A stretch of DNA of 64,000 nt, taken from assembly GCA_951406725.2 (NCBI GenBank), contig OX597832.1:5766001-5830000 (forward strand), given 5' to 3'. The notes below the pieces were generated by a model. That model had not been told where the DNA came from and did not search any database. It saw nothing but the letters and a program-made list of their open reading frames with translations. Shown here in pieces: positions 53,845 to 64,000 of this stretch. Source of the DNA: Octopus vulgaris (taxonomy: Eukaryota). The translations under genes and the position numbers were made by a program. Numbering within the stretch: the first letter of the stretch is position 1; each line of letters begins with the position of its first letter.

Positions 53845-53846
<2 letters not shown>

Positions 53847-54066
53847 GTGTATGTGACCTTGTGAGTACCGCTGTCGATTTTTTTTCCTCCGTCTTCCCTT
53901 CTCAGGATCTTTCCTTCTTCTATGTTTCCAACAAAGAGCTCCGCTCGAAACGTTAAACCCTCCTTCTTCCCTTCTTTCCTGAGCGTCCAATAATACTTTA
54001 TTTGTTCCACGTCCTCGCGTTGTTGTGTTATTTTTGTTTTTTTGTGTTTTCTTGTTTGGATTAACA
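53845..54066 (+). mobile_element. Probable PLE pLTR fragment with minimal hammerhead-like motif (53924-53958)
   Basis: GTTT CCAACAA A GAGC TCC GCTC GAAA CG TT AAAC would be CCGACGA before CpG decay; microsatellite flanks. Confidence 0.5.
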
Positions 54067-54601
54067 ATATATATATATATTGGCCTGCTCACTTAGCCAG
54101 CAGGGTGGTGTCATTTGAAGGCTAAAACAATGCGAAGTGCATTGTGACTAGCGATGTGTAGCAACATCTGATAGCCTGGTCGGTCACGTGATCATGTGAT
54201 ATATATATATATGTTTTTGTGCATATATGCATGTATGTATGTATATATATATTATTTATATTATATATATATATATAGATATGTATATATAATATAAATA
54301 ATATATATATATGCATATATACATATATGTACTTACTTACATATATATGTATATACATATGCACATATGGGTACAGGACGTCATAGAACGTAAGCAAGAT
54401 GAAATTTTGTGGGAGGAGACTAGTCGATTACATTGACCCCAGTGTTTCGCTGGTACTTAATTTATCAACTCTGAAAGGATGAAAGGTAAAGTTGACCTTG
54501 GCAGAATTTGAACTCAGAACATAAGAAGAGAAGCATTTTGCCTGGCTTCCTAACAATTCTGCCAGCTCTTGGTCTCAATAATAATAATGATGATGATGAT
54601 G

Positions 54602-54849
<248 letters not shown>

Positions 54850-54869
54850 TTAATAATAATAATAATAAT

Positions 54870-54913
<44 letters not shown>

Positions 54914-55251
54914 GTGGGGGAGCATCATAGCCATGTGTTGAGAAGGATTTTTTGGGGTTTGAATAATTCACCTCTGGAAACATGGGTGTTTCGTTCAACG
55001 TCCTTAAACAACCCTTATTCAGGGACCTTTTGAGCGGGATGGGTTACTCGATCTGAAGAAAATTCTAACTGGGCTCCACCTGCAAGGTCATGTGCTGTTT
55101 ATCTTGATATGAGATCACCATGTCGCGCACATATGGTTGTGATGCATGTGCCTGGTGTACCCTTATCAGACGGGTAGTCATGATGGGTATACTGGGCTTC
55201 GTATATTTTACCCCAGTGTCACTTTGATGGCATGCTCTGCTCGCTCACTCA
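54914..55251 (+). mobile_element. (TAA)n-embedded retroelement 3' end, copy 2
   Basis: Same 3' terminus CTC.CTCACTCAA-(TAA)n; more strongly 5'-truncated. Confidence 0.85.
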
Positions 55252-55295
55252 ATAATAATAATAATAATAATAATAATGTTAATAATAATAATAAT

Positions 55296-55392
<97 letters not shown>

Positions 55393-55409
55393 TTAATAAT
55401 AATAATAAT

Positions 55410-56387
<978 letters not shown>

Positions 56388-56460
56388 GCGATGTTAATTA
56401 TGATGAGGATGATAATGTAAATATTCTTTTATTATTCAAAATTTCAAAAATATAACTAAC

Positions 56461-56485
56461 CACTCTTTCTTTTTGTTTCTTTCAG
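56461..56485 (+). promoter_or_regulatory. Strong 3' splice acceptor
   Basis: Branch-like ACTAAC (56455-56460) followed by CACTCTTTCTTTTTGTTTCTTTCAG|G. Confidence 0.8.
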
Positions 56486-56720
56486 GAGTTTGTTGACAAA
56501 CAGCAGTCAACCATTGCTGTTGATACAAACTACGAGAATACTTCAAGTGAGAAAGAGTGCATCAAAGTTTATTCTGCCACTTGCAGACACTAAAACTTGC
56601 AGTGACTTTGAACCAATTGTCAAGACTTTGAACCAATTGTTAAGATTAACCAATTTGTCAAGATGCTCAAGTGGAAAAATAAATCGTTTAAACCCAACAG
56701 TTCTTCTCCAGAAAATGTAA
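56486..56720 (+). CDS. Upstream open frame of the terminal exon (SLLTNSSQ...LLQKM*), overlapping the long ORF
   Basis: The frame that reads from the acceptor without a stop into the long-ORF region; phase fits the 25166 donor. Confidence 0.4.
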
Positions 56721-58033
56721 AAAATAAAGATACTTCAAAAAACGTTAAACCAATCAATTCAATTTTTAAAATATCTACATTTAAAAAGACCCCAATAAAA
56801 GTTACCACTTTTAATGACAAAGATAATTATACGGAAATTAATTGTAATACTATGGAGGCAACAAATGGTTTTTTGCTCATGGGTGGAAATGAACCCACTG
56901 ATTTGGAAAAAATACCCAATAAAGCAAACAATGACTCATCAGATCAAACAAATAATTCCATTCCTTTTGATCCTGAACCATTGGATCATAAAGTAAGAGA
57001 TAATCCTCTTTATGAAACTCATACACTATTTGAAAAGCCTTCTGACACCTCAACATCAGAATATCATGATGTCTTGGATTCATTACAGAGCAATGATGAT
57101 CAAATTGGGGAGATTTCTCAAAATGTAGGTGTTCTGTCTCTAAACAGTGACCAAAAGACTACTATACAACATACAGACAAGTCACTCTATGAGTCTATAA
57201 ATCTAAAAGTTTATGATAACAATATGGATGGCCTAAATAAGGAATCTAAATTGATGACTAATAATCGGATGACAGTTGCAGCAACAGTTGAACCAGATTA
57301 CCTCTCTCGAAGGAACCTTTTAAACTCAAACTTAATGGATAATGATTATGAAGAAATTTACATTCCTGACCCTGATTATGATGAAGATGAAGCCACTCTC
57401 AGCTTTAAGAATGAAGATTTTGGCAACACAGATTCACAGGAAAACTCTCCTCGGCAACTCTTTACGAACTATGAAGGAGAAGATTTTGGTAAATATCTTT
57501 CTGATGAGGAAGACTTTGTTGATACAAATGGTTACACTTGGCGCAAAAATATTCAGTATCAGACTTCAAGCCCTAAATCACAGAAAGCTAACACAGAAAT
57601 TAAAAGGAACCGACCAAAAAATCCCAAAACAGCTCAAACAATGTTCAAATCTGCCCCCAAAATAAAAGGTAATATAATGAGACACAATTTGAGGGATTTT
57701 AGCTATGCTGATACGAAGATGAGTGTAAAGCCAACCACTGCAAAACCTGAAAGCCGCTATCAGAAGAAGCAGGAAATATTTACAGATGATGATGATTTCA
57801 TGCGCACAAAGAATTCCTATGAAAAGTTTTTAACCACTAGGGTGGTCGACAATAACCGAGGAACGCAGTGGACAGCAAAGGAGCTGGAATCAAGATTTAA
57901 TGAAAATCAAGCTGAAAGTAAACCACCCAAAAGAACAAAAAATGGTAATAATACTATTGTTGGGAGATTAACTTCAAAACTTCGGCCCAAATCAGATACT
58001 AACTACTATATGTCTACTTCTATAAATTCATAG
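56663..58033 (+). CDS. Uncharacterised, probably disordered protein with many Tyr motifs (terminal coding exon)
   Basis: 456 codons open in TE-free AT-rich DNA. Motifs NPLY, LYESI, DYEEIYIPDPDYD, NYEG and SYEK. Followed by an AT-rich 3' UTR-like region with AATAAA near 58756 and 58933. No domain recognised. Confidence 0.8.
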   Translation: MLKWKNKSFKPNSSSPENVKNKDTSKNVKPINSIFKISTFKKTPIKVTTFNDKDNYTEINCNTMEATNGFLLMGGNEPTDLEKIPNKANNDSSDQTNNSIPFDPEPLDHKVRDNPLYETHTLFEKPSDTSTSEYHDVLDSLQSNDDQIGEISQNVGVLSLNSDQKTTIQHTDKSLYESINLKVYDNNMDGLNKESKLMTNNRMTVAATVEPDYLSRRNLLNSNLMDNDYEEIYIPDPDYDEDEATLSFKNEDFGNTDSQENSPRQLFTNYEGEDFGKYLSDEEDFVDTNGYTWRKNIQYQTSSPKSQKANTEIKRNRPKNPKTAQTMFKSAPKIKGNIMRHNLRDFSYADTKMSVKPTTAKPESRYQKKQEIFTDDDDFMRTKNSYEKFLTTRVVDNNRGTQWTAKELESRFNENQAESKPPKRTKNGNNTIVGRLTSKLRPKSDTNYYMSTSINS

Positions 58034-59241
58034 GATATTTCAGTCCTTATTTATCTCTTATTTGTACTTTCTATATAATTATGTATCATAAAAAAGATAT
58101 GATTTAATGTGTGATATTATGTCTATTACATTTTGATATTACATAAAGTATTGTATGAGACAATATACAATATAAAATCATATTTCATAAAATATCATCA
58201 ATACTATTGAACTACTATCAATATATATGGACATTTATTCACTATTACACAGGAAAATTAACACAAAATTCAACAGCAGAAACAAAATTGAGTTATTTAG
58301 AAAAATTGTAAAAAAATTATTTTTATTTTCAACTTATCCTTTATTTCTCTTCAACATTTCCTTCCAACTACTAAGTTACAGTTCATATTCATTTAACCTC
58401 CTCTGCCTCTCCTCCAACTTCTATCTTTCTCTTCTGATTAAAAAAAAAAAAATGACTTTATCTTTTTCTCCTTTCTATTCCTTCTTTATCTTCAATCAGA
58501 TTATTCTATTTAACAAAGTTGTAATTCCAGCAGGATCTGTAAGTAATCTGGAAATCCAATAGAACTAAATAATTTCAACATTACTTGTAAAACAGAACAA
58601 TATTTGGCCAAGATCAGGCAAACAGCATTTTAAAAACATATTCTTTATCTCTACATCTGTTTTAATTGCAGCCTCTATTATAATATTGTAACAGCAGAGC
58701 ATGTATTGCATAGCTTGGCACCAATGCAACAGCTGGTATCATTCATAGACAAATGAATAAAACACTGCAATAATACAAAAGAAAGTATTAAAGACCTGCC
58801 TTCTGGAATGTAGGCTTTAGAGTTACATGAATACACCACAGGAAATGTAAATAGTTTACAACATTTGGCTTTATGGAATGTGATCTTTGTAATTAGTTGA
58901 GAACTGGTTAATGGTACTGAACACTAATATGTAATAAAGGATGTGATACATGCCTAAGTTTCAAAACTAAAACCAATTCTGTTGAGAAAGTAAAAATGTT
59001 TTTCTAATCAGAACTTGTCAGATTATTTTGTTTATAGCTTTTTCATTGATTTACAGTGATTAAAATGTTTCCATGTATTGTTTGTTTGTGTGTGTGATGC
59101 ACACACCTGTGCAGGCACATGTGTGTGTGTGTGTGCATGCATCTGTGTGTTTGTGTGTGTATGTGAGTGTGTGTGCATGCATGTGTGTGTGGATGTATGT
59201 GTCTGTGTATGTGTGCATGTGTATGTGCACCTGGGCAGGCA

Positions 59242-59282
<41 letters not shown>

Positions 59283-60028
59283 ACAGGTAAGTTCAATGAG
59301 GCAAATATTTCTAGAATTCTTCTCCTTTATAAAGCTGATAAAATGATTTACTTTATGTTATATCTTACAAGAAAAAAGACTGTTATGAAAGGCACAAGTT
59401 TATTGTAAATAATGGTGAATATATTCTTTTTATTTTATTCTTCTATTTGTTTCAGTCATATGACAGTGCCCATGCTGGAGCACCACCTTAAAGGGTTTTT
59501 AGTTGAAGAAATCAACCCCAGGACTTATTCTTTGCAAGCCTATTACTTATTCTGTTGGACTCTTTTGCCAAACTGCTAAGTTACAGGGATATAAACACAC
59601 CACCATAGGTTATCAAGCAATAGTGGTGGTGGTGGGGGGGGACACACAAACACACACATAAATATATACATATACATATACATGCACACACACACACACA
59701 CATATGACAGACTTCTATCAGTTCCTATCTACCAAATCCACTCACAGGGCTTTGATAAGCCTGAGGCTATAGCAGAAGACACTTGCCCAAGGTGCCTTGC
59801 AGTGGGACTGAACCTTAACCGTGTGGTTGGGAAGCAAGCTTCTTACCACACAACCACGCCTGCGCCTATGTGTATTGTTGAAACTTGAATGCCTTAAAGG
59901 AAGGGTTATATATAACTACTGCTGTTATTTATTATTAATGATGTTGTTGTTCTTTTCTCAGGTGATGATTCTTAGCTTAAAGCCATGGACATGTGCTTAA
60001 AGAATTTTACAAAATTTTCCTTATAATA

Positions 60029-60947
60029 CAAGGTGTCCCAGAATTAATTATCTATTTCAATGAAATTGGGCAAGTTTTAAAAAAAATTGATGTTTATTAC
60101 TTAATTATGTAAGGTATACTAGCCATCTCAATATGGCTAACCACTAAGGGTGGGTGTTACTGTAGCTTGTAGCCCCAGTAGATCATTGTCTCCAGCTGGC
60201 TTTAGGCACACTTTCTGTGCCCTTATGGTATTTGCAAAGGGAGGTCATCCCTCTCTCGTCAACCTAAGTGATACGCACGGACTGCAGTTTCTAGGTATTT
60301 GCCTGTCTTCGGCGTACGGCAATCACCGGTTTTCGATGAAGGGAGTCTGTTTGCAAATCCTTATATATCGTTTTTCCAGTAACTTTTCGTCACTGATTTC
60401 GAAAAACTGTACGCAAGCAATATTGAGATGGCTAGTATACCTTACATTGTCGTGCAGTTACTGTTTACATCTCGTTCAGAGATTTATTATTACTTAATTA
60501 TGATACCAAAACAAATAGATTTAGAAATCTTATGTCAAAGCTGATCAAAAGTTTTCAACATGTGCTCCGTCTGTATCCCTGCAAATTTCAGATCTATCCT
60601 CAGGGGTGTGAAACACATTTTGAAGCATTTCAAGAATTATATCCGGTACTGCTAATTGAATGCATTCTTTTTAAGTTCAGCAAAACTATTGCTCCATCCT
60701 GGGGATGGAAGTAGAGGAAATTATTGCAGCCAAATTAAAAAAAAAGCTGTTGTGGACAGAATAAGTGGGATCCAACAGGAATGAAAATAAAATTATCAAA
60801 AAGAAAAAAATTATAAAATTATAAACAAAATTAAAATTTTATACACTTTTAACACATATTAAAAATGATAAACATAAATAAAAGTGAGTTTAAAAAAAAA
60901 AATCGTCCAATCTCACTGAAATAGATAGTTAATTCTGGGACAGCCTG
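60029..60947. mobile_element. Tc1/mariner-derived non-autonomous element with nested insertion
   Basis: TIRs CAAGGTGTCCCAGAATTAATTATCTATTTCAATGAAATTGG and CCAATCTCACTGAAATAGATAGTTAATTCTGGGACAGCCTG. Confidence 0.8.
60107..60486. mobile_element. Insertion with 28-bp perfect inverted repeat and ~16-bp flanking direct repeat
   Basis: IR ATGTAAGGTATACTAGCCATCTCAATAT at 60107-60134 and 60420-60447; TTATTACTTAATTATG at ~60094-60109 and 60487-60502. Confidence 0.75.
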
Positions 60948-61911
60948 TTTTTAGTTATAGTATCTCACCAGAGGAACATAACTGAGAGTAGTAGGGGTAG
61001 TAGAATGAAGATGTAGAATTTTAACTTAGATACCAGGTATGTGATTCTTCAGAGTTGTGTGTCTAAATATATTTCTTTATTACCCACGAGGGGCTAAACA
61101 CAGAGGGGACAAACAAGGACAGACAAAGGGATTAAATCGATTACATCGACCCCAGTGCCTAACTGGTACTTTATTTATCGACCCCGAAAGGATGAAAAGC
61201 AAAGTCGACCTAGGCGGAATTTGAACTCAGAACGTAAAGACAGACGAAATACCGCTAAACATTTCGCCCGGCGTGCTAACGTTTCTGCCAGCTCGCCGTC
61301 TTCACTGCCAGCTTTAAACTGTATCCGGCAGTGAGGCCATGGTTTGTGAATTCCAGGGTTTTTAAGGAGTTCAGAATCACCTCTTAGCCACTGTTGTTCT
61401 CAGGTTTTCTGTGACTCAGAGTAGTTGCACATGTCATGATCCCAGTTTTGGGTTAAGTAACACATTAGGGTTTGCTTATGTAGAGTGGGGTTGATGATGA
61501 GGGATGAGAGAGTGAACTTGATGGTGCATAGCTCTTCTTCACTTTAGACAAAGTCACTGTGCCACTCATCAGTCATTTCAGGATGACTAAATGGTTCTCA
61601 TTGCTTCACCAGTTGAACATGAATGATATAAGACATAGTAGTACATGCTGTTTTGTAAAATGTTATTAGGAATGTGAATCAGACACAGTAAAAGATGCAC
61701 TTGTTTTGATGTAGAGGGTCACATAGTTTGATAAAAGATATTGTCTTGAAATAAACACTAACTGAAGTGAGAAGCTTACAAATAAATTCTAAAATGTGTG
61801 TAGCATGGCAAAACTATTTTATAGGTTGTCACCTGAGAAGTATCAGGTAACCTTAATATAAATACACTCACACACACACACACACTCACACACACACACA
61901 CACACACACAA

Positions 61912-62072
61912 TGCTGTTATAACAGCAGAAATACTGGGTAATTTACCCTTACAAAGTGGAAAAATTTGTCAATAAACAGCCATGAACTCCGAGTACCATG
62001 GATATTTGTTGACAAATTTTTCCACTTTGTAAGGGTAATTTACTCAGTCTCTCTGAAGTTCTAACGACAATT
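61912..62072. repeat. ~150-bp imperfect palindrome between microsatellites
   Basis: TTACCCTTACAAAGTGGAAAAATTTGTCAA...CCATG AACTCCGAGTAC CATGG...TTGACAAATTTTTCCACTTTGTAAGGGTAA. Confidence 0.9.
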
Positions 62073-62650
62073 CTGCATTAAAAAAAATCATCTTACCTGT
62101 ATCATATATATATATATATATACATACACTTACACACACACACACACATGCACATTTACATTGATTGGGGTAAAAATGTGAATTGACTTTACATAGAATT
62201 GAAATTTTACATTAGTCTGTAGGTTATATTTTAAACCCAAAAGAAACTAAACTATAACAACAAGTTTCTTAACAGTCTAGCACCTCCCGGGGTGCCACCT
62301 CATAGACTCAAATTGAAGAGCAGATACTCAATTATTGTTCACAGGAAATTAGATGTTCCGTGTTGATGTGTTGATGCAATACTACAAGTTTGGAATGTCT
62401 AGTGCCCTTTTATTACTGTTTGGCAAGTTTTGGATAAACACACAACATAGCTGTCATATGTTTTATATATTTCTTTGAAGATATCTTTGAATGTCAATGT
62501 TTTAAACACCTGAGATTACAATTCTACAAATAAAAAGTCCTCCAGGATTTCAGTTGTGTTTCATTTTCTTTCCCTACTTGCTTTTAAAGTGCGTACCTGT
62601 CTGTAACCTTTTCATTTTAAGATTTCTTTCTAGAAGCACATGCTTTAAAC

Positions 62651-63035
62651 CAGTGATTCTTAATTGGGGTTCATATGTCCCCTGGGGATTCATACAATAT
62701 TTTTTTAGTGGGTAGGGGTGTGGGGGGTATGGGGGGGTATAGGGGTCTACATAAGCAAAATAGTAAACTGGGGATCCACAATAGCATTTTAAGGGTCCCT
62801 GAAAAATTTTTGCTTTAGATGTATGTACTGGTATATATTGCAAGAAGCAGTTTGGATTCTTTATCTAACATTTTACATAGCACAACCTACACAAGTTAAT
62901 GTGTGAAAAACAGAATAGGAAATTTGAAAGAAATTTCTATAAAACTAGTGTTTAAATATTGAACAGCTATGGGGTCCACCAGAATAGAATAGTAATCAAA
63001 GCGGCTTGTAGGTAAAAAATGGTCGAGAACCCTTG
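62651..63035. mobile_element. hAT (Charlie-like) MITE
   Basis: Ends CAGTGATTCTTAA and GGTCGAGAACCCTTG; 8-bp TSD-like CTTTAAAC/ATTTAAAT. Confidence 0.7.
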
Positions 63036-64000
63036 ATTTAAATAAACTCACGTTGGGCTTGAGGTTGGGGTCAGTATGTAGGTAACAGAAATAAGATTAG
63101 GGTTAGGTTTTCAAGTTAGAGTCTAAGTTAAGGGCTAAGGCTTTGCAATTAAAGTTGCGGGTTGGTGTTAGCAATTAGGAGGCAGTTTCAGATTAGAGTA
63201 AAATTACATTTAACAAGGATTTGGGGGATTGAATTTGTGTACAACTTTTTACAGAACTGAAACTGTAAAGTTTAAAATTTGGGTATCTGATAAAAAAAAA
63301 AAAACCTTTTTTAAAAAAGTAAGAAGATATCTACTAAGTGAACTTATTCTGAAAGTTCGCTGAGTGTTTTTCAATAATTTACTTAAAGTTAAATAAATGT
63401 AATGTTACCGTTAATTCCCCCAGTTTTTAACTCGGGCATTTCAACTGTTTTTTTGTTTTTTGTAGTCAAAGGGAAATAACTCTTCAAGAAATCATGCAGG
63501 CCCACATACTAAGGGAGAATACTCTGTATATATATTTGTCGACGTGGTTTTTCAAGGTTTCCATTTTTGAACTAATTCGTTGGACACAAAGTCGGTCCTG
63601 AAACAGCGAAGATGGGTAATTTTTCTCAGCCAGCTTATTGATATAAGTTGAAGGAGAAAAACTGACTATTTGCAGCAACAGCTCCTTTTCTGTATGTTTA
63701 ACTCCAGGGAATACTAATGATAAATATATTTGCCTTCTTTTCCCAGTTGTTAGTTCGGATGGTGAACAACTGCACGGTCTCTACAAAGTCACAAACAGTA
63801 GCGTAGCTAGAGGAGGAGATTGAGCTGCACTTTTGGGTCTCCTGGATAAGCATGTATGGGGGTGCGGGGAGGAGCAGCCAAATAAAGGGCTACTCTGGGC
63901 GGCACACACTGTAGCTACGCTATTCGTCACGAAAGTGTTTCAGGGTGATCGTCATTTGAGTAATTATCTTCAATAAGTTCCGAGTACAAAACCTGTTAAG

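Noticed and set aside
63090-63195. TTAGGG-like repeats (interstitial telomere or telomerase template)
   Set aside because: Only one or two exact units in degenerate sequence; more likely part of an interspersed repeat.

Overview
AT-rich eukaryotic genomic DNA dense in microsatellites and transposable elements. The SINE families, RTE and R4-type LINE remnants and Penelope-like elements (PLEs) resemble those of an octopus (coleoid cephalopod) genome; this is inferred from recalled repeat sequences, not from a search. Most predicted ORFs are microsatellite or TE artefacts. There is one convincing host coding region, a 456-aa low-complexity ORF rich in tyrosine motifs (56663-58033, +), lying behind a strong splice acceptor at 56485. 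A candidate ATG-bearing upstream exon (25135-25166) is phase-compatible with that acceptor but in a different frame from the long ORF. The two frames overlap across a 20-bp tandem duplication and a correctly phased U_UUA_AAC slippery heptamer. The rest of the window is a nested TE landscape: mariner/Tc1 and hAT derivatives, four Helitrons (one splitting a SINE), several PLE remnants with hammerhead ribozyme motifs, a PLE whose GIY-YIG nuclease has a ~260-aa in-frame low-complexity insert, (TAA)n-targeted retroelements, and several fold-back hairpins. No prokaryotic-type systems, CRISPR arrays, rRNA or genuine tRNA genes were found.
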